From a virus (lineage: Duplodnaviria; Caudoviricetes), in the IMG/VR virus record IMGVR_UViG_3300037183_000125, positions 32,001 through 96,000 of that record: 64,000 nucleotides of DNA; one strand, written 5' to 3'. The notes under the pieces are model-generated. The model was given only the letters and a program-made list of their open reading frames with translations. It made no database searches and was not told the origin of the DNA. A program made the position numbers and the translations under genes. Positions 29,298 to 40,323 of this stretch are shown here, piece after piece; the stretch's first letter is position 1, and each line of letters starts with the position of its first letter.

Positions 29298-31765
29298 TAG
29301 TACACCAGATTCCCGGCATGGTCCGTCAGGCCAACTGCGGTCACGGAGTATGGGATGGGCTCCATCTTGGTCACGGCCACGGAGGCCAGCACAGGGCTAA
29401 CCCATCCGGAGCCAAGGGGCTGGATGGGACCTCCCGTGATGGGGAGTGCCGCCGGGGTGACGGGGACCTCCCGCATCGGCTTGGAGAAGAAGGCGAGGAC
29501 CTGGTCCGCGCCGAGGACGGGGCCCCGAACTGGATCGAAGGAAAGCCCGCTCTGCGGCAGGACGGACGCAAGGGACGGACGCACGGCGAGCGCTGTGAAC
29601 GGGAGGTCGACGCTCTCCACGTGCGACCGATAGGCGGGGACGGAGGGGGCCGGGACGACGGGCGGGCCGTTGTACACGTACGAGTCCTGGAGGAGCCCTA
29701 CGGCACGGCTCGCCGAGCCATCCTTCATCGAGGGGGACGACAGGCGGACGGTGTCGAACACGGGGGCCGAGACCATCCTGTAGCCGGCATACAGGTGAGG
29801 GCCGACCCGGACCAGGTGCGAGGCCAGGACCTGCGTTAGGTCGGCGACCAGGGCCATATAGCTGTCCAGGTCCGTCGCCTCGGGGGCCGTGATCGCAGAC
29901 GGATCGGCGTGATAGTGGATGGTGGCCGAGGCCATGTGCGCCATGACCTTCTGGCGAACGCCGTTCGCCGCGGACATAGAGGACGCCAGGGGGAGGGAGG
30001 CGTAGTCCGTCGGCGACACGAGGTTGATGACGTCGGTGACCTGATGCCCGGCCGCCCCCGGGACGATGTGCTGTCGGTACGCCTCGAGCGCCTGATTGTA
30101 GGCCCAGATGAGGACGGGCAGGGAGCCGAGGACGGCCGGGTCGGTCGGGACCTCGAGACCGTCGGCGCCGACTATGACCATGGGGGCGCCGGCGACGAGC
30201 GAGACGTTCCGGTCGGTCCTGAGGTCCACCCAGCGGTCAACGCTGACGAGGCTCGAGGTGATAACCGCGGGCGCAGCCCCAGGACGGGCGACGATGGACC
30301 CCGTGTAGTCGGAGGGCGTGCACGAGCTCCCGCCGTCCTCGCTCGTGAGGGTGGCCCTGACGTGGAGGCTCGGGACCTCCGTGTCCAGGACCACCCTCAG
30401 GTCCGCGAAGTACGTGTACGGACCGGAGACGTCGAAGGCAAGGTTCGGGTCCGACTCCCGGCAATAGGCCGTGATAGAGCCGACCGGCGAATGGTAAGCC
30501 GTCGAAAACTGGAGTGGGTACTCGAGGAGGAGGTGGGTCTTGTAGGAGGCGGCGACCAGGTTGGAGGCCGCGATGGCGCCGGCGAGATCGGACGGATCCA
30601 CCTGCGGGATAGAGAACAGGTTGATCGTGTCCGGATAAAGGTGGACGCGCGGGCGGAGATAGTGGTCCGGGATCGCGACGAGAAGCTGGTTCAGGAGGCG
30701 GACGGCGCTCAGCTGGTCCGTGGCGGCCGGGGCGCTGATGGCATCCTTCGAGGTCACGGACAACGGGGAGACATGGATCTGCTCCAGGGCCGTCACATGG
30801 CCAGCATATCCGGCCCTCAGCTGGTTCAGGAGAGTGATGAGGCTCGGCAGGTCGGTCGCGGGCGGCGCGGCCACGCCGTCCTGGGCGTCCAGGTGGAGGT
30901 GGGCGGTCGAGGCGGAGACAGACCAGGCCCCGGTCGAGGCGGCCCCGGACACGGGGCAGCTGAAGAAGACACGCACGTTCGCCGTCCGGAAGAAGTCCGA
31001 GGACACGTCCGTGACGAAGGCGTCGGTCAGCTGAAGCTGAGTCAGGTCGGCGAGCGAGAACGGGAGCGGGGAGCGTAGGGCCAGGGTGAGCGGGACCGTC
31101 TCCGAAGAGTGGTTCAGGGAAACGTCCGTAATGCCCGACGTGGCGATGACGAAGGACAGGGCAGTAGGGGTCCCTGCTGGTAGGTGAAGCCGGAGCGTCG
31201 TCTCCGGGATGGACTCCGAGGCCCAGGTGGCCTGCGTCATGGCGAAGGCGGGACCCCCGGCGGCGTCGGCGATGGTGAACGTTGCGGAGCCCGAGAAGGG
31301 GCCGACGGGCTTGTCGAACAGGACGTCGACCTCGCCTCTCTTGGAAAGAAAGGCGCCGAGGGCCCGCGGGGGATCCACAACGTTCGCCGTGAAACTTCGA
31401 GCGGTGTTGAGAAGGTAGTCGCTGGAGACCATCTCGACGGAGGAGACAGACACAGCGTACTGCGTCGTGGTCGTGAGCGGAGCATCGAGTACCAGGACAA
31501 CAGAGTCGTCGAGCTCGTCGTAGAACTCGACGGACAGGATGGCCGGAACGTGCGCGGTCCCGGGGGAGGCGAGGGAGGCGAGGGAGTAGACCGACGGATC
31601 GAGGGCGGAGTCGGTCACCTGGCCGTTGAAGAGGACCCGGAAGGCCGCCGACGTGAGCTGGTGGGCCCGGAAGTCGGGCGAGTCCGGACCGAAGCCGTCT
31701 ACCGCCCCGAAGACGATATCGGCAAAGCGGCTGTTCGGTGTACCGAGTCTTCCGGTGAAAGGCAT
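29297..31765 (-). CDS. Virion protein with SbsA/Big_5-like Ig domains and 6 His-rich helical repeats
   Basis: 822 aa; 'RVLFNGQV...DPSVYSL...QYAVSV' and 'FFSKPM...YSVTAVGLTDHAGN' are Ig-like; two triplets of the His repeat; TAATG-coupled to the 2281-aa gene. Confidence 0.75.
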   Translation of the reverse strand: MPFTGRLGTPNSRFADIVFGAVDGFGPDSPDFRAHQLTSAAFRVLFNGQVTDSALDPSVYSLASLASPGTAHVPAILSVEFYDELDDSVVLVLDAPLTTTTQYAVSVSSVEMVSSDYLLNTARSFTANVVDPPRALGAFLSKRGEVDVLFDKPVGPFSGSATFTIADAAGGPAFAMTQATWASESIPETTLRLHLPAGTPTALSFVIATSGITDVSLNHSSETVPLTLALRSPLPFSLADLTQLQLTDAFVTDVSSDFFRTANVRVFFSCPVSGAASTGAWSVSASTAHLHLDAQDGVAAPPATDLPSLITLLNQLRAGYAGHVTALEQIHVSPLSVTSKDAISAPAATDQLSAVRLLNQLLVAIPDHYLRPRVHLYPDTINLFSIPQVDPSDLAGAIAASNLVAASYKTHLLLEYPLQFSTAYHSPVGSITAYCRESDPNLAFDVSGPYTYFADLRVVLDTEVPSLHVRATLTSEDGGSSCTPSDYTGSIVARPGAAPAVITSSLVSVDRWVDLRTDRNVSLVAGAPMVIVGADGLEVPTDPAVLGSLPVLIWAYNQALEAYRQHIVPGAAGHQVTDVINLVSPTDYASLPLASSMSAANGVRQKVMAHMASATIHYHADPSAITAPEATDLDSYMALVADLTQVLASHLVRVGPHLYAGYRMVSAPVFDTVRLSSPSMKDGSASRAVGLLQDSYVYNGPPVVPAPSVPAYRSHVESVDLPFTALAVRPSLASVLPQSGLSFDPVRGPVLGADQVLAFFSKPMREVPVTPAALPITGGPIQPLGSGWVSPVLASVAVTKMEPIPYSVTAVGLTDHAGNLVY

Positions 31766-31770
31766 GGAGA

Positions 31771-31777
31771 ACGATAC
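31771..31777 (-). promoter_or_regulatory. G-TAnnnT -10-like element 5 nt before the ATG (possible leaderless promoter)
   Basis: gTATCGT-tctcc-ATG. The same pattern occurs at 14418, 40292, 43002, 53949 and 56810 (-) and at 14821 and 56837 (+). Confidence 0.45.
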
Positions 31778-34700
31778 TCAGGAGACTATGATGTAACCAG
31801 TACCGATCGACTTCATCCGGACATATTTTCTCGGAGTGTTCATGACAAAACCCGTGGAGCCGTCCATGTCGGAGGAATCAGAGGCTGTCACGAAAACGGG
31901 ACCAGTACCATTGGTTATGTTCTTCACCCCGAGCTCAAGATTGAGGGCGCCGGTGGCAGGAGGGACTATGATGGAGAAACCGGTCGGCCCGGACGGGACG
32001 GCGACAAGAACCAGGGTCCCGAACGTGGCGGAAAAGGTGGCGGACTGTGGGGCCGTAACAGAGAGAAGACCGCTCGGTCCAGTAGGGCCGACAACCCCGG
32101 TGGCGCCCTGTGTTCCGGTGGCGCCCTGTGTTCCGGTGGCGCCCTGCTGTCCCTGAGGTCCGGTAGAGCCGGTGACACCCTGTTGGCCCTGAACGCCGGT
32201 GGCGCCGATAGAGCCGGTCGGACCCTGCGGGCCGGTCGGCCCGGTGGCGCCCTGCGGGCCGACAGGACCTGTAAAGCCGGGTGAGCCCTGCGCGCCGGTG
32301 AACCCGGTCGGGCCGATGGCCCCCTGCGGGCCCGTCTGGCCGACGAACACTGCGCCGATGGTCCGGTTGTACTCGGAGTAGATGGCGTCCGACGAGAGGG
32401 ACGTCGGGACCATCTTGAGGGATGAGACGACCAGGTTCCGGGGGGCCGGCACCGTCTGGCCTGCGTCGATACCGACCTTGAAGAAGCCGCTCTGGCCGCC
32501 GTTCACGGACGCGGCCGCGCCGGTCGCGTACAGCCTGCCGTTCAAATACCAGGAGAGATTGAGGCCAGCGTCTCGGACGACCGCGAAGTGGAAGGCCTCA
32601 TCGACGGGGGCGACAACGCCCGTGGCGACGGTGAAGGCGTCGGAGCCGCCGCCGGACTCGGACGAGAACTCAGGATACCGGGTCGTGGCGAGAAAAACGA
32701 CGCCATAGAGCTCGTTCTCCGCACTAGACTCGCCGACACCAGCATGGCTGACGAACGGGACCACCCCGGAGGACGGGTCCGGGAGCCTGACAATGGACTC
32801 GATCGTGACGGGGCCACCGATGACAAGCTCGTTGTCATGGCCGACTCGGCGGAGGAACTCAGTCCCGTCGAAGGAGAACCCGCGCATGCCCGGGCCGATC
32901 TCGCTGTAGTTCTCTATACCGGAGAAAACAGACAGGTTCTTACCGAGACCGGAGACGTCGTTCAGGTTCCCGTCGAATTGCCAGAGACCGACCGGGTTAA
33001 AGGTCGTATCGTGTGGACGGATTTGATAAACGCCGAGCGGGCCCGTGGGGCCCGGGGAGCCCTGGATACCAGCACCCGTTGCGCCGGCCGCGCCGGCCGG
33101 ACCGACGGCGCCGGTCGGGCCCTGTGGGCCCGGGGAGCCCTGCACGCCAGCGCCCGTGGTCCCCGTGACCCCTTGTACGCCCTGGACGCCGGTTGCGCCC
33201 TGCGGACCAGTTGAACCCTGGAGGCCGATGGGGCCGGTCGGACCCTGGGGGCCCGGTGAACCCTGGATGCCCTGAGCGCCGGTGAAGCCGACGAAGGCCG
33301 CTCCGACGGTATGGTTATACTCGTCGAATACCGCCTGCGGCGAGAGCTCTGAAAACAAGAGCTTGACGGAGGCGAGTACGGAACCCGGGGGGAGCTGGCC
33401 GCCAACGTCCTTCGCGCGGGCGCCGAGACGGACAAAACCACTCTGGCCGCCGTTGGGCGGGTTGACCGCGCCGGTCGCGTACAGCCTGCCGTTCAAATAC
33501 CAGGAGAGATTCCCGCCAGACGCACCGCGCGTCAGGCCAAGATGGAATGGCTGACCGACGGGCGCCTTGACGCCGGTGGCGACAGACACTGAGTCGACGC
33601 CGGATCCGGACTCGGAACGGAAAGTTGCATACCGGTCCGCCTGGTCGAAGTAGACCTCATACTGGACGTTGTCCCCAGAGGACTCACTCGACCCGCCATA
33701 GGAGATGATTGGGTAGACGCCGGTCGCGACGTCCGGGAAGTTCGCGATGGCGAGCACGGACATGGCGCCCGTGACGCCGAGAAACGGATAAGCACCCTCA
33801 AGGAGCTCGCCGCCGTCGAACGAAAACCCGCGAAGGCCAGGTCCGACTTCGCTATAGTTCCCGATCCCGGAGACGACGGACAGATTGAAGGCGGCAATTT
33901 GGTCGACCGTGTCACCGTTCAACTGCCAGAGGGCGACCGGAGAGTTGTTGGCCGCGTGGGGACGAATTTGGTAAACGCCGAGGACGCCGGTGGCGCCAAT
34001 AGGGCCGGTCGGGCCCTGGGGGCCGGTCGGGCCGGTAGGGCCCTGCGGGCCCTGGAGGCCCGTTGACCCCTGCGGGCCCGGAGATCCCTGCGGGCCCGTG
34101 AATCCCTGGGGTCCGGTCGGGCCGGTCGCGCCGGTGGCGCCACGCAGGCCCGTCTGGCCCTGGGGGCCAGTCTGGCCCTGGGGCCCGGTGGGCCCGGTGG
34201 GCCCGGTGGGCCCGGTCGCGCCCTGCGGGCCGGTCGCGCCCTGGGGGCCCGTGGCGCCGGTGAGGCCGACAGGCCCGGTTGAGCCGGTTATCCCCTGGAC
34301 ACCCTGAGTACCCTGGACACCCTGATCGCCCTTCGGGCCAGTCGGGCCAGTGGGTCCTGTGGCCCCGCGCGGGCCAGTGGGTCCTGTGGCTCCCGGGGGG
34401 CCGCCGAAGGGGCCCGTGGCGCCCTGGGGGCCCGTGGCGCCGGTCGGACCCGCAGTTCCGGGGGAGCCCTGGAGGCCAGCCGGGCCAGTCTGCCCCGTGG
34501 GGCCTCGGGCGCCAGTAGGGCCTTGAGGGCCGGTTGAGCCGGGAGCGCCCGGGGAGCCGTTCGGGCCAGTAGGGCCAGTAGGGCCTTGCTGGCCTGTCGG
34601 GCCCGCCACGCCGGTGGTGCCGGGGGAGCCCTGGAGGCCGAAGCCGGTGGGGCCAGGGGGGCCAGGGGGGCCAATGAGGCCGGTAGGCCCTTGAGGTCCG

Positions 34701-35353
34701 GGGATGCCGGTGGAGCCAGCAGAGCCGGTCGCGCCAGCAGGACCCGTGACGCCGGTAGGGCCGGGGGAGCCCTGGGGGCCCGTCGGGCCCGTCGGGCCCG
34801 CAGGGCCTCCGAACGGGCCGGTGGCACCGACCGGGCCCGTGGACCCGGTGACACCTGGGGATCCCTGAGGGCCCTGTGGGCCGGTCTGACCTTGCGAACC
34901 GGTGGGCCCGGTGCTGCCGCGAGGGCCCGTGTTACCCTGGACGCCCTGCGCGCCGAGGGTGCCGGTCGCGCCGCGCGGACCTGTGGCGCCCGTGACGCCA
35001 TCCGCGCCGTGCGCGCCGGTCACGCCCTGTGGACCCTGCGGGCCGGGAGGGCCCGTGAGGCCGGAGAGGTCGAAGGCGAACTGGCTCATCGCCCCGGCAG
35101 TGAGCACATGGGTGACGGTCGCGCCGAACGCATGCGCGGCGGGGGTGGTGCCCTCGGCTCCGCGGATTACGGTGAAGGTATTCCCGGAAACCCCGGTGAC
35201 GAGGAGGATCTCGTCCTCGACCCTCAGCCGGAACTGGGGCAGGGGCGGGAAGAGGATGGCGCTTGCGACGTCGAAGGTGAGCGCCACGGGCGATATGCCG
35301 CCGGCGGTCGATATCGTCGTCTGGGCGAGGTTGGCGAATCTTTCGACGGACAT
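31778..35353 (-). CDS. Collagen-like tail fibre with two LamG/ConA domains and a short C-terminal fibre domain
   Basis: 1191 aa; three G-X-Y tracts; two 'PV.LWQ..G...GFSFDG...FH....R......WYLNG' LamG-like domains; N-terminal 'EIL.VT......[16 protein letters not shown]' module. Confidence 0.85.
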   Translation of the reverse strand: MSVERFANLAQTTISTAGGISPVALTFDVASAILFPPLPQFRLRVEDEILLVTGVSGNTFTVIRGAEGTTPAAHAFGATVTHVLTAGAMSQFAFDLSGLTGPPGPQGPQGVTGAHGADGVTGATGPRGATGTLGAQGVQGNTGPRGSTGPTGSQGQTGPQGPQGSPGVTGSTGPVGATGPFGGPAGPTGPTGPQGSPGPTGVTGPAGATGSAGSTGIPGPQGPTGLIGPPGPPGPTGFGLQGSPGTTGVAGPTGQQGPTGPTGPNGSPGAPGSTGPQGPTGARGPTGQTGPAGLQGSPGTAGPTGATGPQGATGPFGGPPGATGPTGPRGATGPTGPTGPKGDQGVQGTQGVQGITGSTGPVGLTGATGPQGATGPQGATGPTGPTGPTGPQGQTGPQGQTGLRGATGATGPTGPQGFTGPQGSPGPQGSTGLQGPQGPTGPTGPQGPTGPIGATGVLGVYQIRPHAANNSPVALWQLNGDTVDQIAAFNLSVVSGIGNYSEVGPGLRGFSFDGGELLEGAYPFLGVTGAMSVLAIANFPDVATGVYPIISYGGSSESSGDNVQYEVYFDQADRYATFRSESGSGVDSVSVATGVKAPVGQPFHLGLTRGASGGNLSWYLNGRLYATGAVNPPNGGQSGFVRLGARAKDVGGQLPPGSVLASVKLLFSELSPQAVFDEYNHTVGAAFVGFTGAQGIQGSPGPQGPTGPIGLQGSTGPQGATGVQGVQGVTGTTGAGVQGSPGPQGPTGAVGPAGAAGATGAGIQGSPGPTGPLGVYQIRPHDTTFNPVGLWQFDGNLNDVSGLGKNLSVFSGIENYSEIGPGMRGFSFDGTEFLRRVGHDNELVIGGPVTIESIVRLPDPSSGVVPFVSHAGVGESSAENELYGVVFLATTRYPEFSSESGGGSDAFTVATGVVAPVDEAFHFAVVRDAGLNLSWYLNGRLYATGAAASVNGGQSGFFKVGIDAGQTVPAPRNLVVSSLKMVPTSLSSDAIYSEYNRTIGAVFVGQTGPQGAIGPTGFTGAQGSPGFTGPVGPQGATGPTGPQGPTGSIGATGVQGQQGVTGSTGPQGQQGATGTQGATGTQGATGVVGPTGPSGLLSVTAPQSATFSATFGTLVLVAVPSGPTGFSIIVPPATGALNLELGVKNITNGTGPVFVTASDSSDMDGSTGFVMNTPRKYVRMKSIGTGYIIVS
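32515..33511. repeat. 46-bp perfect direct repeat (32515-32560 and 33466-33511) in the duplicated LamG domains
   Basis: CCGCGCCGGTCGCGTACAGCCTGCCGTTCAAATACCAGGAGAGATT occurs at both positions. Confidence 0.9.
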
Positions 35354-35393
35354 ATCCGCCGCACACGGGCAATCAGACGGCTAACGGACTAGG

Positions 35394-36209
35394 TCAGAAA
35401 TCTCCAGAATGATCTTCGCCGACCACGCTGTGCGACATCTTCGTGCCGAGCTCGTCCACCCCATAGACCCCGTCGACGAACTTCCGGAAGTCCTCGTACC
35501 CGTAGTTGGAGAGGACGAAAGTGAAAGCATCGGAGATCTTGGCCAGGTTGTCCCTGAGCGGGTCCGGGCCCCCCTGTCCGAGCCAGGTGTCCTGGAGAAT
35601 ATACTTTATCCGGAGGAGCGTGTGGGCCGGACGGATGATGTTCAGGAGAATGCGCATCATCCGGTTCGAGAGGAGGACGTCTGTCCCCTTGAGGCTCCCG
35701 AAGAGGACGTCGATCTCGAAGCCGAACTCGTCCGATATGTCGTAGCCGGAGCCCGGCTTCCTGGCCTCGAGGAAGTTCTCTTTCACGACGACCTTCGCGT
35801 CCACGAAGAGCTGGGCCGCCTCCTGCATCGAGTCCGGGATGCTGCCCTGGAAGTAGATGGTGAGGATGTTCAGGAGAAGCTGTTTCAGGTCCTGATCCGA
35901 GAGGTTCGGGTTCGGGACCCCCGGGTCCGCCGGGAACATGACAGAGGACATGACCTGATACAGGAACTCGGTCCTCGTGGCAGAGTATTTTATGTCCGAG
36001 CGCACGTCGTTCAGGGCGAGCCGGATCTTGGCGAGCTCAATGGACATCACCTTGAGCTCACGGGCGTAGTTCGGCCCGTCGATGGTCGACTGCCAGTACG
36101 AGGACAGCATCGACAGAAAGACCTGAAAGATGTTGTTCGCCTCGGAGACGAGGCGGTTCTCGTACTGCTCGCCCGCCTCGTACGCGTCGAACGATACTCT
36201 AATCAGCAT
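35394..36209 (-). CDS. Baseplate wedge protein, P2 gpI-like
   Basis: 271 aa; 'LLNIIRPAHTLL' matches the (K/R)PAH motif of gpI-type wedge proteins; follows baseplate J. Confidence 0.7.
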   Translation of the reverse strand: MLIRVSFDAYEAGEQYENRLVSEANNIFQVFLSMLSSYWQSTIDGPNYARELKVMSIELAKIRLALNDVRSDIKYSATRTEFLYQVMSSVMFPADPGVPNPNLSDQDLKQLLLNILTIYFQGSIPDSMQEAAQLFVDAKVVVKENFLEARKPGSGYDISDEFGFEIDVLFGSLKGTDVLLSNRMMRILLNIIRPAHTLLRIKYILQDTWLGQGGPDPLRDNLAKISDAFTFVLSNYGYEDFRKFVDGVYGVDELGTKMSHSVVGEDHSGDF

Positions 36210-36817
36210 TAGGCATCCTCACTCATCAGACGCGATTGAGTCCGTCTTCTGTGACACCAACAGCAGACGATGTCACATTTCGCAATCTCGTCAGCAATCT
36301 TAGAAATAGACCATTTACGATGGCAAGCCTCGGAAATACCGATGACCTTACATCCTCTGACGTGGTCGAAATCCATGAAAAGAGGCTCAAACCTTTCGCC
36401 ACAATCCTCGCACGGGACGGACTTCAAACCATCGACGAAAGCATGATTACGCTCCCGAGCGGATCTATTCTTGCACTCTTTGGTCCCAACCGATATTCCG
36501 GACGAAGTATGGATTCTGTGGCACCCGATGCACAACAAACGGCACTTCGCTATTTCCGCTAGTATGCGATCCCGGCCCCACCGGAACGCGTTAGAGATAG
36601 AAATCATCTTCTTGGATGGGTCTAAATGGTCCCATTCCATCATGTACCACTCAAAGGTCTTGGCACATGAAGAACATGGTTTTTCTTTCAGACTACGGAC
36701 GAACGCTTTGTTTGAAGCCTGACATGCAGCCACCTTCGCTCTGTTTTTTGGGGCGCATATCCCGCATATCAAAGCCGGACCATCATGATGTCTTTTGCAA
36801 CCGGTGCAGAAGTTCAT
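36209..36817 (-). CDS. Free-standing tandem-HNH homing endonuclease (family A)
   Basis: Two copies of PCxxC...M(E/D)(W/F)DH...EIAKC...CxxCH; AT-rich; overlaps both flanking genes (ATGA and TAATG). Confidence 0.85.
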   Translation of the reverse strand: MNFCTGCKRHHDGPALICGICAPKNRAKVAACQASNKAFVRSLKEKPCSSCAKTFEWYMMEWDHLDPSKKMISISNAFRWGRDRILAEIAKCRLLCIGCHRIHTSSGISVGTKECKNRSARERNHAFVDGLKSVPCEDCGERFEPLFMDFDHVRGCKVIGISEACHRKWSISKIADEIAKCDIVCCWCHRRRTQSRLMSEDA

Positions 36818-39800
36818 TGGGCCTGACGATATGTCAAAACGAGGTCTCCCGGGGTGAGGTATTCGATCTGCGAGGTCTCTAGGTCCTTCACGCCGCGGTC
36901 GCCGCTCACGATGTAGGTGGCGGCGAACCTGTGGTTCGTCGGGATGTCGGGAGGGACGATGCCGGCGTTGAGGGAGACGACGACACGGTTCGCCGTCAGC
37001 CGTACCCTCTCCGCCACCACGGCCTCGGCAGTGAAGAAGGACGGGAGAAGCGTGGCGTCGTCCGTGTAGCCGGCAATGACCGCGCCCTGTCCGCCGATGA
37101 TCCAGGCGCGGCCGAGGCCGGCCCCGACGTCCTCCAGGGAGGTCGCCTGGACCATGACGAGCTCGTCCATGTAGACGCCGTGGCAGACGGTCGGAGGGCC
37201 GCCGCCGTCGGTCGTGTTGAACGGGAGCGCCTGGGTGAGGAGGAACACCTGGTTGGCGAACTGGCCGAGCGAGGCCAGCACCACGTAGTCGGACAGGACC
37301 TCGTCGCGCACGCGCTGGGCGCCGTCCGCGAGGGTGAAGCGGGTGAACGGCTGGACGATGTAGTCGACCCCGATGGCCGCGTCGATGACGGACACGGCGT
37401 CGGACTGGCGGACGGACCCGCCCACGCCCTTCGAGTCGGTCAGCACGGTGACGTTCGTCCGGATGGCGCCGTCGGTCGTGGCCTGGTCCGCGTTCGGGAG
37501 GAGCTGGATGGTCGCCTCCGTGGACATCGGGTTCTGCACCGACTGCTTCGCCAGGACGTCGGCCGTGACGTGACGCATCTTGCTGTAGCGCTGCTGGAGC
37601 TGCTGCAGGACGTCGTTGATCACGTACGTCACCTTGAAGTTCTCGTCGTGCTCGTAGTCGACCGAGACCTGGGACCCGCTCTGGATGTTCGAGAGCGTGG
37701 AGCGGACGATCTTCAGGGGCGAGGTCTGCGACCCGGAGACGACGAGGTAGTCCGGGTTCGACTGGCTCGGGCCGCGGTACTGGACCGTGCGGTCCGCGCT
37801 GAAGACGGCGAGGGTGAAGGTGTTGACGCCGACGGAGTCGAGGGGCTCCTCGAACTCGCCGATGAGGACGTGGAGCTCGTCGTTGACGGACACCGAGTTC
37901 CCGGAGGGGATCCCGTTCACCTGGTTGATCTGGACGTAGTCCGTCGCGATCGTGGACTCGCCGTCGAGCAGCGGGTCCTGCAGCTTGTAAAGGGTGTACC
38001 CGTCGCCCGGGTCGAGGGCGCCGGAGACCTCTCCGACGACGGAGGACACGCGCAAGAGGGGCTGAAGGCTGGCGACGAACTTGTTGTTGCTGCGATACCG
38101 GTAGTCGCCCTCCACGAAGTCGTCGAGCAGCGTCGGCGGCTGCGGGATGGACGTGTTGAGCCGGACAGTCCGGTAGTCGACGATCGTCACGCCCGTCAGG
38201 TCGTAGCTCGTGACCGGCGTGTTCGAATGGTTCCGGAGGCCGAGGCCGAGCGACGGGTTATAGAGCATCTCGTCTATCGGGTTCGAGACCGACAGGCGCG
38301 AGTCGCGGGCGCGGAACACGAGATTGACGGCGTCGACCACGTCGAAGCGAACGTTTTTGGCGACCGAGAACTGGAACGCGAACGTCTCGGTCATGGTGCG
38401 CTCGATCGTCCCCTTGACCCAGGCGTCGACCTTTCCGCCGATGTGCTTCATGCGGACCGGGTCGTAGTCGCGCATCATGTCCGGGTCGCCGGACTTGACG
38501 ATGAGGACCTCGAGGAGGCCGGGGACGCCGATAGCGTTCAGCTCGTAGCCGCCCTCGGTCCCGGTGTCGAGAGAGTAGAGCTTCCGGGACGCTGTCTCCG
38601 AGAGCTCGAGGTTGCTCTGCCGGTCGCGCCCGAAGTCGGACGCCACCTCGTTCGCCGTCTGCAGGCCGTCCGCGCCGGACACGACGGTGTCGAGGACGGG
38701 GGACGGGACGTTGCCGGCGGAGCCCGGGGTCTCGGCCACCATCTGGACCTGGACCTCGTAGCGGCGCGTGCTCGGGTTATAGTAGGCCTGCGCGTTCGCG
38801 GCCAGGATGGACACCGACGCGTTGGAGACGAAGCGCGGGGCGGTGCTGTTGGTGGACGAGGAGACGATGGCGCCCTGGGACACCACGAGGTCGCGCGTCG
38901 GGACCGATGTCGTGTAGAAGGTTTGGAGGACCTGCGCCGGGCGGGCGCCCTGGCGCGGAACGCCGAAGTTGGCGGACAGCGAGTCGAAGGACCCGTCGAT
39001 GAGAGACTGGACGGCGGCGTCCGAGCTAAGGGAAAGGGCCGACTTCAGGTTCTGCTTATAGCTCGAGTTCGCGACCGTGACGCTGGTCCCGGTCAGGTTC
39101 GGGTCGTCGACCTGGAGCATCGCGGCGAAGGACTTCCCGCGGTGGACCCAGTCCATCAGGAAGTAGGCCTTCTGGATCTCGTTGCCGAACGGCTCGATGT
39201 GGACCTCGCGGACCGTCGAGGCCGGGATGAGGGCGAGAGACGGCTGGGCCGCGTTCACCTCCTGGATGTAGTCCTGGACCACGATGTTCTGCTCGCGGAT
39301 CCTGATGCCGCGGACCGTCGTGTCGAGGGCGAGCGGGGCGCCGGGGATCTCGGACGAGTAGCGGCTCTCCTGGAGCTGTCCCGTCGCCTTGTTGAAGTAG
39401 ACGGCGGTGACGACGTAGAACAGAGGGTCGTCCGGGGACACGACCGAGAAGACGTCGTTGTTCAGGATCCCGTTCGTGATGCCGTCGTTCCGGTCGTGGA
39501 CGAAGCTGAAGACGTTCGTCTGCCGCACCGACTGGACGTTGATCGTCATCAGGAACTTCGGGTCGCCGGAGAGCGGGACGCGGGTGACGCTCACGGGGGC
39601 GGCGACGCTCCCGGTAGCCGCGTTGACGAGGTTGGCCTGGAGCAGAAGGTCGAGCGTGTCGAAGCTCGTCGACGGGGTCGGGGCGTTCGGGTCCGACGCG
39701 TCCGGGTTGTCGAACGGGGTCGAGGACGAGAACACGTCGAACAGGTCCTGGCGGACGGAGGTCGGGGAGTTGTACGGGATGGTCTGGGCGTTGACGCGCA

Positions 39801-40284
39801 GGTAGCCCGAGCCGGAGCCGCCCTCGCCGGTCGAGGCGTAGACGTTGTAGCCAGTCGGGATGTCGGGAGAGAGGTCGGACCACTGGACCTCGACGTTCTT
39901 GGCGTTCCTCTGCAGGAGGACACCGGTGGGCGGGGAGAGGACGGTCTGCAGGTCCGCCTGCGAGACGACGTCCACGACCACGGTGGACGGAGGGCTGACG
40001 GACCCGGACATGTCCACCGAGCGCAGCTGGATGACGTTCCGTCCGCGCTCGAGGGAGAGGCCGGCGGGGTAGGCCGAAGGGTTCGGGACGGCGAAGTCCG
40101 GGAGGTCGAGGAACACCAGGGACGGGTCGGAGGCGAAGCCCGCGCCGTTGATGTTGATCTGAACGTCGACCACGTTCGAGTCCACCGACCCCGTCAGGGC
40201 GATGAAGCTGATGTTCGTTGTGACGGCCAGCGAGTCGGTGTCGCCGGAGCCGTCGAAATAGTTAATCCTTGGCGCCGTCGTCAT
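36814..40284 (-). CDS. Baseplate J-like wedge protein (P2 gpJ / T4 gp6 family)
   Basis: 1156 aa; 'FD.L..NFGV.R..A..A.....F', 'V...A..PG.AGNV', 'N......G.D.QSN.EL', 'GT..GY', 'GGKVD.WV.G'; N-terminal Ig/FN3 extension. Confidence 0.85.
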   Translation of the reverse strand: MTTAPRINYFDGSGDTDSLAVTTNISFIALTGSVDSNVVDVQININGAGFASDPSLVFLDLPDFAVPNPSAYPAGLSLERGRNVIQLRSVDMSGSVSPPSTVVVDVVSQADLQTVLSPPTGVLLQRNAKNVEVQWSDLSPDIPTGYNVYASTGEGGSGSGYLRVNAQTIPYNSPTSVRQDLFDVFSSSTPFDNPDASDPNAPTPSTSFDTLDLLLQANLVNAATGSVAAPVSVTRVPLSGDPKFLMTINVQSVRQTNVFSFVHDRNDGITNGILNNDVFSVVSPDDPLFYVVTAVYFNKATGQLQESRYSSEIPGAPLALDTTVRGIRIREQNIVVQDYIQEVNAAQPSLALIPASTVREVHIEPFGNEIQKAYFLMDWVHRGKSFAAMLQVDDPNLTGTSVTVANSSYKQNLKSALSLSSDAAVQSLIDGSFDSLSANFGVPRQGARPAQVLQTFYTTSVPTRDLVVSQGAIVSSSTNSTAPRFVSNASVSILAANAQAYYNPSTRRYEVQVQMVAETPGSAGNVPSPVLDTVVSGADGLQTANEVASDFGRDRQSNLELSETASRKLYSLDTGTEGGYELNAIGVPGLLEVLIVKSGDPDMMRDYDPVRMKHIGGKVDAWVKGTIERTMTETFAFQFSVAKNVRFDVVDAVNLVFRARDSRLSVSNPIDEMLYNPSLGLGLRNHSNTPVTSYDLTGVTIVDYRTVRLNTSIPQPPTLLDDFVEGDYRYRSNNKFVASLQPLLRVSSVVGEVSGALDPGDGYTLYKLQDPLLDGESTIATDYVQINQVNGIPSGNSVSVNDELHVLIGEFEEPLDSVGVNTFTLAVFSADRTVQYRGPSQSNPDYLVVSGSQTSPLKIVRSTLSNIQSGSQVSVDYEHDENFKVTYVINDVLQQLQQRYSKMRHVTADVLAKQSVQNPMSTEATIQLLPNADQATTDGAIRTNVTVLTDSKGVGGSVRQSDAVSVIDAAIGVDYIVQPFTRFTLADGAQRVRDEVLSDYVVLASLGQFANQVFLLTQALPFNTTDGGGPPTVCHGVYMDELVMVQATSLEDVGAGLGRAWIIGGQGAVIAGYTDDATLLPSFFTAEAVVAERVRLTANRVVVSLNAGIVPPDIPTNHRFAATYIVSGDRGVKDLETSQIEYLTPGDLVLTYRQAQ

Positions 40285-40323
40285 TCAGTGCACGCTACCC
40301 GATAAAGGGTCTGGGCGGGGACG

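Noticed and set aside
36931-40305. 1124-aa + strand ORF (similarly 44317..46569, 50601..52523, 13349..14872)
   Set aside because: Antisense shadows of GC3-biased minus-strand genes; Arg/Gly/Val-rich with no recognisable motifs.
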